Assembly: GCA_963845755.1 (NCBI GenBank)
Contig: CAWJTV010000031.1
Span: 256,001-320,000 of the forward strand
DNA length: 64,000 nucleotides
Source: an uncultured Planctomycetota bacterium
GTDB lineage: Bacteria; Planctomycetota; Planctomycetia; Isosphaerales; Isosphaeraceae
Direction: 5' to 3'
Part shown: positions 10,694-23,245 of the stretch, in pieces
Layout: each line of letters begins with the position of its first letter
Numbering within the stretch: the stretch's first letter is position 1
Notes under the pieces: model-generated
Seen by the model: the letters and a program-made list of their open reading frames with translations, nothing else
Told to the model about the DNA's origin: nothing
Databases searched by the model: none
Translations under genes and position numbers: made by a program

Positions 10694-12174
10694 TCAAGTT
10701 GCCTTGGGGACGGTCGCGGCCGCCTCGGTCGCGGCGATCGTAGGGTCGCCGGATGCAAGCTCCTGGGAGATGATGAGCTGCCGTCCGATCGGTCGCATTG
10801 CGGGTAGGTTGAGCCCGAATGCGACGGCTCCGGCGATGCAGGCGACGCCACCGGCCGCGACGGCGGCCGGCGCGCCGTATCGGCCGGCCAGCAGCCCGGC
10901 CAGCAGCGCGCCGAGGGGTGCCATGCCCATGAACATCATCGTATAGACCGACATGACCCGGCCGCGCAGCGTTTCGGGCACCATGGCCTGGATCAGGGTG
11001 TTCGACGCGGCGGACTGGACGATCTGGGCAAAGCCGACCGGGACCAGTAGGGCCGCCGAGAGCCAGAAATGCCCCGAGTTCGCGAACGCAATCAAACCCA
11101 CGCCAAACGAAGCCGAGGCCCAGGCGACCCAACGGCCCAGCCCGCGAACCTCCTGCGCGCGGCCAAAGTCAAGGCGCCGAAGAGGGCTCCCAGGCCCGCG
11201 GCGCCCATGAGCAGCCCGAGACCGCGCGCACCGGCATGGAGGATCTCGTCGGCGAAGATGGGCATCAGAACGGCGTAGGGCATACCGGTGAGGCTGACCA
11301 GGCCCAGCAACAAGAGGAGGGCTCGGATCGGCACCGTGTGCGCCGCGAACGAGAAGCCCTCGACGATTCGGCCCAGGCGCGTCTCGCCGGTAGGGCGCGA
11401 TGGCATGGGCTTGGGATGCATCATCAGGAGGCCGGCAAGTACTGCGAGATAGCTGACGCCGTTGAGCAAGAAGCACCAGCCCTCGCCGATCGCAGCGACC
11501 AGCAGGCCGGCGATTGCCGGCCCCACGATCCGGGCACCGTTGAACATCGATGAATTCAGGGCGATGGCGTTCATCAGGTCGTTGCGCCCGACCAACTGGA
11601 CCAGGAACGACTGCCGAGCCGGGATGTCGAACGCATTGACGACACCCAGGAGCGACGCCAGGACGAAGATGTGCCAGAGCTGCACGCGCCCGGCGAGCGT
11701 CAAGGCAGCCAGAACGAGGGCCAGGCACAGGGCGCAGGTCTGGGTGCCGATGATGATGCGATGCCGGCTCCGCGCATCGGCCAGGCTGCCCCCGGCCGGC
11801 GCCAGCAGGAAGACCGGTATCTGACCGGCGAAGCCTACCAGGCCCAGCAAGACCGACGAGCCTGTCATCCGATAGACCAGCCAGGCTTGCGCAACGCTCT
11901 GCATCCAGGTCCCGATCAAGGAGATAAGCTGACCGCAGAAGAAGAGCCGAAAGTCGCGATGCGTCAGGGCGCGGAGGACCGCAGGGCCCGCTTTCTTCCT
12001 CGCGACGGGCGAGGTCGAGGTGTCCGCCGCGACGCGCGGAACCGGCCGCTCCGCTTCCGGCAGTCTGTCGGTTCCGGCGCGTTCATCCAACGCGAAGACC
12101 CTCCCCAGCCTCGAGCCACTCGGCCCGGCTCCCCGATCGAGACGCGATCGGAGTTGACGCAAGAATAGTGCCAC
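10694..12174 (-). CDS. MFS transporter (MFS_3-like); start uncertain; frameshift ~11150
   Basis: FRLFFCGQLISLIGTWMQSVAQAWLV, FDIPARQSF, LRGRVMSVY. Confidence 0.9.
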
Positions 12175-12266
12175 GCATGACCTGCGATCAAGGTCGATCC
12201 GAACGGGGCCTGGCTGGTCTCAGTGGGAAGCGGATCCAGTAAGATAGAAGCACCCGGAGGGTTCCC

Positions 12267-13982
12267 ATGTGCGCCGACTACCTCGACGAAGGTTTCCCCA
12301 AATCACGTTCGACACAGGAAAAGTTCGTATCAGCCTCACCGTCCCGCATAAGGACCATCTTGCGGACGATGGTCGCGGTGACGGTCTGTGGCGGCGTGTT
12401 ATGGTGGACCGTACAAGTCGTGTTGACGGACAATCATGAGGCAAAGGAAGCGATCCGAGCGATGGGATCCTGGAGTGCCTCCGATCGGGTCCGCGCCATC
12501 CAGGATCTCGAGATCGCCGGCCTGGGGAACGGGAGGATCGCGATCCCGCCCCTGATCGATGCGCTCCGAGATGAGGATGCCCGCGTCCGGACGGCGGCGG
12601 CTGTGGCGCTCGGCCCGATCAGCAACGACCGATCCACGCCCGGATTCGACCGAGACACCGTCCGCGCCGCGATCCTCGCCCTGCTCGGCTCCCTGAAGGA
12701 CGCCGACCTGTCCGTCCGCACCGCAGTGGCGAATGCGCTGATCAACATGAACGTAGCGCGAGATGCTGAGATCATCGATCGTCAGGCGATCATGGCAATC
12801 TTGCTCGAACGACTCGGTGATAAGGATTTACGGACCCGCGTATCGGTGATGCAGATCCTGGCTGCCCTCGGACCTTGGGCCGAGATGGATCCACCGAAGG
12901 AGGTGGTCGCGGCCTTGCGTGATGAATCGGTGGATATCCGGGCGATGGCCGTCGTCACACTGGGCGGCTTCGATCGAGGCCTCGAGCCGCTGATCCCGTC
13001 CCTGTTTCAGGTCATCGAGTCCGATGTGCCCGGCGTCGGCACGGCGTGCGCCGCGTTGCTGGAACGATTGAGTCCGCCGTCGAACCTCACGAAATCTGTC
13101 GTGCCGCAATTGATCGAACTCCTGCACCGGCCAGACGAACGCGTTCGGTCGGTCGCTTGCAGCATGCTCGAGAAACTCGGCCCGGACGCCCGTGCGGCAA
13201 TCCCCTCGTTGATCGCGACCGCCCGGGAAAGGCACAGCGTGTCCGCAAGGCCGGAACTCGCGAACTCGTCCCCGGACATCCGGGCCATCGAGGCCCTGAG
13301 GCGGATCGCGCCCAAGAGCGAGGCAGCCAGCCAGGTCGTCGCAGCCTTGACCGAACTCATCCTGGCCAAGGAGACCGACAAATGGAGGGCCGCGGTCGAT
13401 GCCCTGGTTGGCTTCGGCCCAGACGCCGCGTCGGCCGTCCCCGAGCTGATCCGGGCGCTGCCGAAGAGCATCATGACCGACGCACGGTCTCCCGATCCGT
13501 CGATTGCGATCGTGGCATTGAGCCGGATTGCACCGGGCACGAAGGCGGCCGGCGAGGCGATCGCGGCGCTCGCAGGGGTTAGTTCGGACAGGGACGCCGG
13601 AGATACGGTGGATGCCCAGAGTGCCCTGAGTGAATTCGGGCCGGCCGCCGCATCGGTTATCCCCGACCTGATCCGGAGCCTCAAGGAGCCCGCTCTCGCG
13701 AACCGCCCGCAGGTCGCCGCTTCGGCCGCATGGGCGCTCGAGCGGATCGCGCCGGGCACGGCGTCGAGCGGCGTGGCCGTTAGTGCCCTGATCGACGCCT
13801 TGAGCTCCGAATCGCGATCGACGCGCTCCGGCGCCGCACTCGCCCTGCGGGCATTCGGTCCCGGAGCCTCCCAGGCAATCCCGCATCTTCGCGAGCTGCG
13901 GGACGACCCAGACTCTTTCGTCCGCCGGAGTGCACAGAACACCCTCGAGAGTCTCCTCAAGGCGACCGAGGGCCAGGAGTAA
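12267..13982 (+). CDS. Membrane-anchored HEAT-repeat protein
   Basis: N-terminal TM (VAVTVCGGVLWW); repeated L..FGP.A..A.P.L units. Confidence 0.85.
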   Translation: MCADYLDEGFPKSRSTQEKFVSASPSRIRTILRTMVAVTVCGGVLWWTVQVVLTDNHEAKEAIRAMGSWSASDRVRAIQDLEIAGLGNGRIAIPPLIDALRDEDARVRTAAAVALGPISNDRSTPGFDRDTVRAAILALLGSLKDADLSVRTAVANALINMNVARDAEIIDRQAIMAILLERLGDKDLRTRVSVMQILAALGPWAEMDPPKEVVAALRDESVDIRAMAVVTLGGFDRGLEPLIPSLFQVIESDVPGVGTACAALLERLSPPSNLTKSVVPQLIELLHRPDERVRSVACSMLEKLGPDARAAIPSLIATARERHSVSARPELANSSPDIRAIEALRRIAPKSEAASQVVAALTELILAKETDKWRAAVDALVGFGPDAASAVPELIRALPKSIMTDARSPDPSIAIVALSRIAPGTKAAGEAIAALAGVSSDRDAGDTVDAQSALSEFGPAAASVIPDLIRSLKEPALANRPQVAASAAWALERIAPGTASSGVAVSALIDALSSESRSTRSGAALALRAFGPGASQAIPHLRELRDDPDSFVRRSAQNTLESLLKATEGQE

Positions 13983-14125
13983 CTCGCGACGCCAGGAAGG
14001 CCCGCTCTGGCCGCCCAGGAATTGCACCGGTCGTGACCTCCGAGTCAACCCCACTAGAAAAGGGCCCTGGCCGGTCCCTCAGAGAACAGGATCTCGTAAG
14101 ATAGAGACACCTGGAGGATTCCCCT

Positions 14126-15987
14126 ATGAACACCGAACACGCCCACGAACCTCTCCCGGAATCACGACCGGCGCCGGCCGAGTCCCGGACAACCTCGTGG
14201 TCGCGCTCCCGAAGCAGCCTGCCGACGATGTTCGCGGTGGTGATCGCCTGCGGGGTGCTATGGTGGGTCATCCACACCACGTCGTCGTCCGGTCACACGG
14301 CCAAGGAAGCGATCCGGGCGATGGGATCCTGCGAGCGCCTCCGAGAGGGTTGACGGAATCCAGAAGCTCGAGTCCGCCGGTCTGGGTAACGGCAGGATCG
14401 CGATCCCTCCCTTGATCGTCGCACTCGGAGACGAGGATACCCAGGTCCGGTCCGCGGCGGCCATGGCCCTGGGACCGATCGGAACCGACGCGGTCAATGC
14501 CGGCTCCATGGACGACCTGGTCCGTCGCGCGATCGCGTCCTTGCTTGGCGCCCTGAAGGACCCTCAACCTGCCGTTCGCGTCGCCGCCGCCAATGCGTTG
14601 ACGTCCATCATGGCCTCTGAGAAAGCCGGCGGGTTGATCGACCACAAAGCCGCGGTCGTCACCCTCACGGAGAGCCTGGGTGATCCCAAAGTCGAGTTTC
14701 GTTACGCGGCCCTCGGCCTCTGGGGACTGGTCGCACCTGGCGCGGGGGTCAACCCGCCAAAGCAACTAGCTGACGCGCTGAAGGACGAATCGGCCGGCAT
14801 TCGGGCGTCGGCCGTCGGCGCCCTCGTCAGCTTCGGGCGCTGTCTCGACCCGTGGATCCCCTCACTCCTCCAGATGATCGAGAATGACAAAGACCCCGCA
14901 GTCCGCATGGCGTTCAGCACGGCGGTGCCGGGTATCCATCCTCCGGCTGTCTCCGTTGCCGTCATACCCACCTTGATCGCAGCCCTTCGGCGCCCCGACG
15001 GGCAGGTCCGGGATGCGGCCTGTCGCATCCTGATGTCGTTCGGTCCCGAGGCTCGCACGGCGATCCCCGCCCTGATCGCTATGGCCCGGGAAGAATGGAG
15101 CGATTCCCCCGAGCTGGATCGTCAGACATTGGCCCTGGACCGATCGGCCATCCAGGCGCTGGTGAAGATTACGCTTAAGACGGAGTCAGCCGGCCAGGTC
15201 ATCGCGGTTTTGACCGAACTCGTTCGAGAGAAGTCCCCGAAACGTTGCGCGGCCGTGGTCGAGGCCCTCGTTGAATTCGGGCCGGCCGCCGAATCGGCGG
15301 TCCCTACCATGATCCGTGCGCTCTCATGGCGCGTGCCGACGGACAGACGTACGATGTTCGATCGGGCAGTCGCGATCAAGGCGTTGATTCGGATCGCACC
15401 AGGTTCGAAGTCGTCCGGAGAGGTCATTGCGGCCCTGGGGGTGGTCGTGCGAACCGGCGACCCAGGCCTGCAGGTGGATGCTGCTAATGCCCTGGGTGAG
15501 TTGGGCCCGGCCGCCGAATCGGCCGTCCCCGACCTGATCCGTGCGATCGAGGAAGCCGCCCCCGAGAAACGCTTCCAGGTTACCTGGCGGGCCTCCGTGG
15601 CGTTGGGCCGGATTGCACCGTGCACGAAATCGGCCGGTAAGACCATCGCGGCCCTGCACGCGTTACTGCGAATCCGCCCGGCAGATGAGAACTTCCAGAT
15701 AGCGGCAGCCGATGCCCTGGGTGACTTCGGACCGGCCGCCGAATCGGCCGTCCCAGACCTGATTCAGATCGTGAAGGGACCCGCGCGAGCCGGTCGACGC
15801 TCAAGTGATGTCAAGCGCCGCCAGGGCGCTCGTGCGGATCGCGTCGGGCACCCCATCGAATGAAGAGGCGACCCGCGCCCTGACTGGGGCACTCCCCCGG
15901 CTCCGCGCGATCGCCAAAGACCTCGAGAGACCAGTGGCCCGCGAGGCTGCGAAAGAGACCCTGACCAAGTTCGAAGGCCGCAAGTGA
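14126..15987 (+). CDS. Paralogous membrane-anchored HEAT-repeat protein; frameshifts ~14335 and ~15800
   Basis: Shares CG.LWW...AKEAIRAMGS and AGLGNGRIAIPPLI with the previous gene; FGPAAESAVP repeats. Confidence 0.8.
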
Positions 15988-16229
15988 CGAGATGACCAGG
16001 ACGGGTATCGGCACCGGCTATGATCTTTGGCGGCGAGTAGCCGACCGGGCGTCCGGAAAAGCGATCCTCCGAGGCCGATCATTCCTCAATCGATAACCGA
16101 ATCGCACGAAATGGCGCTGGAATTGCAAATCAGTCTGGTCTCGAGCGAGAGACGGCCGCAGCCCATCGTCTCATCACGACCGTCCATTCGCTCTTTCGAC
16201 CGACGATCCACTCGGAAGAGGAGGATACC

Positions 16230-16475
16230 ATGAGCGGCATCCCACAGCCCATCAAAGCTCCCACATCTCGACGACCGATCGTCAACCCCGACGCCACCGA
16301 TGAATATAGCACGGGGCAAGCTGCCGACGACGCGGGGGAGGACAGGACGAAGATCCAGATCAACTACATCGATGAAGCCCTCGAGGAATCGATGCCGGCG
16401 AGCGATCCGCCGTCCGCGACGCCCACGACGGGTGTCGGCCCGCCTCCTCGTGATGCCGACAAGACCGGGGCCTGA
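16230..16475 (+). CDS. Small acidic hypothetical protein with an S(F/M)PASDPP motif
   Basis: GAGGA RBS; IDEALEESMPASDPPS. Confidence 0.7.
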   Translation: MSGIPQPIKAPTSRRPIVNPDATDEYSTGQAADDAGEDRTKIQINYIDEALEESMPASDPPSATPTTGVGPPPRDADKTGA

Positions 16476-16642
16476 CCCCTGACATTCGGTTGGGACATCT
16501 GACACAATACGCAACTGATGCGTCGTGGTCCGCCCCGTCGAGACCCGTTGCGCCCGTTCCCGAGCGCCCGGGTCCTTGTCGCTCCGGATCGCACGACATT
16601 GGGAAACGCTGTCAAGTCGCAACCATGCTGGGGAGAACCGCC

Positions 16643-17994
16643 ATGAATCGTCGCGAGTTCCTGCAAACCGGGACGGCCACGGCCGGGCTGGCACTGGCGA
16701 GCTCGGGTTACCACGTCGCGGGGTCCACCGCCGCCGACACAAAGCGAGTCGGGTTGATCGGCACGGGCTGGTATGGCAAGGCCGACCTCTTCCGGCTCAT
16801 CCAGGTCGCGCCGGTCGAGGTCGTCTCCCTCTGCGACGTCGACAAGAATATGCTCAAGCACGCGGCCGAGATGACCGCCTGCGCCAGGCTTCGAAGAAAA
16901 CCCCGCGCACCTACTCCGACTATCGGGAGATGCTCAAGGAGAAGGACCTCGATATTGTCCTGATCGCCACGCCCGACCACTGGCACGCTCTGCCGATGAT
17001 CGCCGCCGTCGAGGCCGGTGCCGACATCTACGTCCAGAAGCCGATCAGCGTCAACGTGACCGAGGGCCAGGCCATGCTGGCCGCGGCGCGGAAGCATCAG
17101 CGGGTCGTCCAGGTGGGCACCCAGCGCCGCAGCACGCCCCATCTCATCGAGGCCCGCGACCGGATCATCCGCGAGGACAAGCTCGGTAAGATCGGGCTCG
17201 TCGAAATCTGCTGCTATTACCACATGCGCAATAACTCGAACCCACCGGACACCAATCCGCCGGACTCCCTCGACTGGGAGATGTGGACCGGACCGGCCCC
17301 GATGCGGCCTTATAACCCGATCGCCCATCCGCGAGGCTGGCGGGCGTTCATGGAGTATGGCAACGGCATCGTGGGGGATATGTGCATCCACATGCTCGAC
17401 ATGGTGCGCTGGATGATCGGGCTGGGCTGGCCCCAGAGGATCAGCTCCGAGGGCGGGATCCTGATGTCCAAGGGATCCAAGGCGAACATCGCCGACACCC
17501 AGACGGCCACCTTCGAGTTTGGCGACCTGCCGGTGATCTGGCAGCATCGCACCTGGGGCGAGTCGCCCCCGAAATACCCCTGGGCCGCGACGTTCTACGG
17601 CGAGAAGGGCACGCTCAGGGCAGACGTCATGGGCTACGACTTCACGCCGATCGGCGGGGGCAAGCCGAGCCACGTGGATGTGAAGTACGAGCTGGAAGAA
17701 TACCCCGTGGACAAGACCGAGAAGGACCTGGAGCGTCACGTCGCCCCGGCGATCCGCGGACACATGAAGGACCTCCTCGGCGCGATCGCCTCGCGCGGCC
17801 GGCCGGTGGCCGACATCGAGGAGGGCTACATCTCGACGGCGAGCTGCATCATGGCCAACCTGGCCATGAAACTGGGCCGCACGCTCACCTGGGACCCCCA
17901 GGCCGGCAAGGTCGTCTCGGACGACGAGGCCAACCGGCTCCTGAGTCGCCCATATCGCGGTCCGTGGGTCCATCCCGGCCAGGGGAACTCCTGA
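16643..17994 (+). CDS. Tat-exported Gfo/Idh/MocA oxidoreductase; frameshift ~16880
   Basis: MNRREFLQ Tat motif, GLIGTGWYG, IATPDHWH, VQKP, QVGTQRRS. Confidence 0.92.
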
Positions 17995-18030
17995 CAGGTC
18001 GCTTGCTCAGGAAACGATTCCGACTCGACC

Positions 18031-21000
18031 TCACCGGCCCCTGAAGAACGCGGTCAGGGGCCGCACCGACGTCTTCAGAGACTTGAGGGTGGGGACCACC
18101 GCCGGTGAGGTGCTCGCCGAGAAGTCGGCGGTCCCTCGATACTCGACGGTAAACGACTTCTTCAAGGCCGCCAGTTTCGTGAACGTCTGGACGGCCGTGC
18201 CATTGCCCAGGGTCGCCGTCCTGATCGCATGGCCCTTGCGGAAAAACGTCACGACGCCCGTCGGTACGCCGACGGCCGGCGAGACGACCAGGACCTGCGA
18301 CAGGAGCTCCACCTTGACGATCTTGCCGCGTTTGTTCCGGACGGCCTGCGCCGTGAGGGTCACCTGCGTGGAGGCAGCGCAACACGCTCTCTCCGGCGGT
18401 TCCGGATTGGCTCGACGTGAAATTCGGCGTCGCCCGAGTAAGTCGCCGTGATCGCGTGCGAACCGACGCCGAGCGACGCGGTGTCGAATGACGCCCGACC
18501 CGTGGTCGGATTGACCGGCACCGTGGCGATCGGGACGTTGTCGGCCAGGAACGTAACCGTCCCTGTCGGCTGGCCCGTGCCGGGGCTGATCGGGGCAACC
18601 TGAGCGGTGAACGTGGTGGTCTGGCCGAGCACCGACGTGCCATTTGAGGCGCTCAAGGCCAACGAGCTACCGGCCTGAGTCACGGTGAGCGTGCCCGGCA
18701 TGATACGTGATCGTATAGTCGCTCGACGCGGCGCCCGCCGCATTGATCGCGTAAGCACCCACCGGACTGGCGGCCGTGGCGGACGTCGTCAGGCTCGGGG
18801 ACGTGGTCAATTTTGCGGCCGTGTCGCCGTTGACAAACCCGGTGTAGGCGACCGTCAGGGCCGGGAGTGCCGCGCCGTAGACCTTCGATGCATCGTTGGC
18901 CGTGATCGTCAAGGCTGCCGGAGTCACCGAGAGGTTTGCACCGACGAAAGTGATGGTGTAATTGCCGTCGACGGCGGTCAGCGTCCCCTGAGTGATCGGA
19001 TAGCTGCCGACCTGGGACTTCGATGTCGCCGTCGTCGCCAGCGAGCCGGAGAGGGCCGAGGCCGGCGTGTCGACTCCGATCAGGCCACTCGTGCTGTCGG
19101 TCAGGGCGGGGACGGTCCCGCCGTAGGTCATCGTCGCGGGGTTGGCCGTCACCGTGAGCGGAGCCGGGTTAATGGTGGCGCTCGCGAGGATCGGCGAGGT
19201 GATGGTGTAGTCACTTGCGTCGGCACCCGTGAGCAACAGCCCGCCCACGAGCACGGATTTGTCGATACCCGCATTACTGTCGGAGAATGAGCCGACGGCC
19301 CCGCTGGCCACCAAGCCGACCTCATCGCCACCGATCACGCCGGAGAGCCCTGCCGCGCCGGTGTTGATCTTGGCGGACGTGGTGCCGTCATAGATCTTGT
19401 CCTCCGCCGTGATGCCGGTCACCACCAGAGACTTCGCCACGATCACCCCGACTGGCCCCGAGACCGAGTCGTTGCCCAGCACGTAGTTGGCGGCGCCGGT
19501 GCCGGTGAGCGACAGCCCGATGACGCTGACCGTCTTGCCCGTGCCGACCTGGCTCGTGTCATAGGTGCCGGCAGTCGGCCCATCGAGGCTCACGTCGTCG
19601 CCGTTCTTCACTCCCGAGAGCTCGTAGTTTCCGGCGGAGAGCGTGGCGGTGGTGGTGCCATCGTAGGTCTTCGTGACCGTCCCGGTGAGCGAGCCCGTGA
19701 TCGTGAGCGGGGTGATGGTCAAGGAAGCGGGCATCATCGTGATACTACTGCCGAGATCGCTCGACGGGGCCGGGTCGTACACGGCGTAGATCTCATGCGG
19801 AGAGCCGGTGACGTCCAACTTGCTCGTCGTATACGTTGCTTGGCCTTGGCCGTTCACGGCGGCAATGTCGAGCTGAGTGCTGCCGATGGCCGGGTTGCCG
19901 TCGTAGAAGGTGACCTCGCCGTTCGAGAGGCCCTGGGTGCCGGTTTGGCCGCCCGATACGGCGGCCGTGAAGGTAACCGATTGGCCATAGGTGGCGCTCG
20001 ATGTCGACGCCGAGATCGTGGTGATCGTGGGGAACGGGAGGGCGGTCAGGATAACATCATCGCCCGACCCGCCCTTATATGTGATTTTGAAGGGGTAGCC
20101 ATCGATTACGTCCGTGCTCCCCTCCGCAAGGCCACTGAAGGTCCCGCTGACACTCGTTCCGCTCCCGTTCCGGACGATCGTCAACTGGTCGCCGACATTC
20201 GGGGTGTAACCGCCGGTGAGCGCGGCGGCCAGCGTCCCGCCGAGGATCACGCCCCCACTGGGATCGACCTGGCCGAAGGCGGACGTGCCGGGGCCGGCGA
20301 GCTGGGCGACGAAGGTCGAATTCGTGTCCATGGTCAGGCTGCCGATCTTCAATGCACCCTTGCCGTCGCCAGGGCTCAGGGAACCACCCGTGATATCGAC
20401 GTCGCCGACCGTGCCTCCGCCGCCCAGGGTGCTGCCGGCGTCGACCTGCACGGGGCCGACCGTGCCGTCGACGAGCAGGGTCGTCCCGGAGCCTTCGACG
20501 GTCGTCGTGCCGGAATACGTGTTCGCACCCGAGAAAGCCGCCCCACCACCTCCGGTGATCGTGATCCCCGTCGTGGAATCGCCGATCACGGCCGAGATGG
20601 ACAGGTCCTTGCCGGGGGTGCTGACGTTATTGGTTTCGAGGACCGTGAACGTCCGCGACGCTCCGCCCAGGTCCAGATTGCCGCTGATCGATGAGCCCGC
20701 CGCATTGGGACCGTCGCTCGCGGTAAGGTCGCCGCCCAGAGTCAGGGTGCCCGTTCCGGTCGTGACGGCGCCGCCGGTCATCGTCAGAGCGCCGATGGTT
20801 TCCTTGTTCCCATCGAGGACAAGCGACCCTCCGTCATTGACTGTTACGTTCGACCCGTTCGCGAGCTGGTCCGAGGCGTTATCCTCAACCATGGCGGCGC
20901 TCGTGCCGTCCCCGATGACCAGATTGCCGGGGACGGCAATCGCCCCGCCGGACTTGTTCAGCACGATCGTCGAGCCGGTGTCCACAGTGGTCCCGATATA

Positions 21001-21535
21001 GCTGTTGCTCGCCGAGCCACCGAGGCCGACCTTACCGCCCCCCGAGACGGTCAAGCCGTTGGAGCCGGTCAGTGCTCCGTCCAGGTCGAGCTCGCCACCA
21101 GTACCGACGGAAATCGGGCCGCCCAGTTGCGTATTGATCGTATCGCTCGAGGTGCCCGAGGTATACGTCGTGGTGATGCCCTGCGTCAGGCTGATCGCAT
21201 TGCCGGACAGTGCATAACCGGATCCGTCGATCTCGATCGAGCTGAAGTTTGTCGTGGCCGGGAAGTCGTTCACTGAGTTGAGCTTGGACACGCCCGCCGG
21301 GAAGACCAGGGAAGCCCCAACCGTCGGCAGGATCCCTCCCGACCAGTTCGCAACTCGTCGTCCAGTTGTTGTCGGCTCCACCCCCGGTCCAGGTGGAAAG
21401 GACGATCCGGCTTTCCAGGGATTCCACGTCTGGATGACGGTCCCGACCTCGTATCGCGTGGCGCCGGACCCGTCGAACAACGCCTCCACGATCGATCCGA
21501 CGGTCCATCGATTCCGGTGAAAGGATACGGAACAT
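18031..21535 (-). CDS. Large secreted adhesin-like protein (planctomycete export signal, autotransporter-like beta repeats, Ig-like Big_3, YDG and MBG domains); several frameshifts
   Basis: ESLESRIVLSTWTGGGADNNW; SGANTYSGTTTV; KTYDGTT and DKIYDGTT; ITANDASKVYG; PTGTVTF. Confidence 0.85.
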
Positions 21536-22197
21536 GGACGATTCTCCTTGACTGCTGGCTTGACGTTGTGGTTAGCAGGGAACCTGTCAAAGTCACGTCG
21601 ATTCCGTTCGCGCGACCATCCCCTTCGCGAACAGGAGCTCGACGCAATCTCACCGCCGATCCCGTTCTCATCCCGATCGGCAAGGCCTCGAGGTACGGCC
21701 CAGATCTAGAGCGATCCCGCGCGATCTCCGGGAAGAGACTCTTGCCTGTCCGTGACAACCGTCTCCCTCCCCATAGAGAGAGCGCACAGAGTACTGCGAC
21801 GTCATCATTACGTCTAACATCATTGTGTGCATGCTAAACCTAAAACTCAAGAGGTTCCCACCATGAATTCTTGCGGGGCATCTGGAGAATTGGATATGCT
21901 TTCATGGGAGTGGCTCTGATTCCATCCTGAACAGGAGATAAGGGGCGACCGCGCGAGGTCGAGAACGAAGGCGTCCAGGTTAATTCTACACGCGCATTTG
22001 CCTTATGGATTGTCGGGGCGAAATGAAGCGTCCATGCTCAGGGATCGCACCGGGTGGAAAGGCACGTCTGCGGTTCAGAGGAGCGGATACAACTCACAAG
22101 TCTCCTTGGAGTTGCGGCGAGTTGCATGCATCTGACGCCTGAGGCCGTCATGATCCTGATGATTCTCGATCGTCTTGTGGATCGCCCTCGTGCGGGA

Positions 22198-23203
22198 TCA
22201 TCGCGACAAGCTCCGGGCGATCGACTCGGCCGCGGGCGGATGTGCCAGCCCGAAGCAACGATCGGCCCGTTCGCCCTGGACGTGCAGCCGGAGGAACCCT
22301 CCGGCGACGAGCTGTCGCGAGACGTCGGGAACCCACGGCCGAATCCAGGGCGCCAGCCAGCCGGCGGCGCGGCTGACCGTCGCCTCCCATCGATCGGGCA
22401 AGGTCATGACCCAGCGGGGCCGGCCGGTGATCGAGGCGACGACCGCGGCCAGTTCCGGATAGCTCAGGTACGGTCCGACCACGGCATAACGCTGGCCGTG
22501 GCCCCCGAAGATGAGCGCGACGACGGTGCGCATTCGCCAGCAGTTCCACGTCAACGATCGGGATTCCTCCGTGAGGGAGCACGACCACGGCACTGCGCGC
22601 CATCGTCCGGACGATCATCGTCGAGGTGGGCTTCAGGTCGCGCGGGCCCATCACCATCCCCGGGCAGAGCGCGATCGTCGAGAACCGGGACATGCCGGCC
22701 CCGAGGACCATCCGCTCGGCCTGCCGCTTGGTCTGGGTATAGGGCGATTCCACCCGCTGGAGATTCCACGCCGTGAACTCGTCGGCGGGCTGGTCGGGAG
22801 TGCCGGCGGCCAGCGTATATAATGTTGATGTGTAGATAAATCGCTCGATACCGGCACGGTCGGCCTCGGCCAGCAGTTGGCGCGTCGCCTCGACGTTGAT
22901 GGCATGGCTGGTCCCCCGGGGATCCAGGCCGAGGCAGACCCAGCCCGCGGTATGGATCACTCCGCGGACGCCCACCAGCGCCCGGCGACGAATCTCCGCA
23001 TCCCGCAGGTCGCCCATCACCCACTCGATCGGCGGGTCGTCCGGCTCGGTGACCGGCTTGCGCCGCGACAGCCCGCGCACCCAGTGACCCGCGCCGGCCA
23101 GCGCGCGGGCGATGTGTCCTCCCACGAATCCCCCGGCACCCGTGACCAGGACCGGCCACTCGGCCGGATCGGGCTCTCGGCCATCCCAGGTGCATACGGG
23201 CAT
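22198..23203 (-). CDS. NAD-dependent epimerase/dehydratase (HpnA/DFR-like); frameshift ~22520
   Basis: VLVTGAGGFVGG, YTQTK (YxxxK), GPRDLKPT. Confidence 0.88.
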
Positions 23204-23245
23204 CCGCTGAGGCGACCGCCTCGCTGATCGGGCCGATGCGACAGC

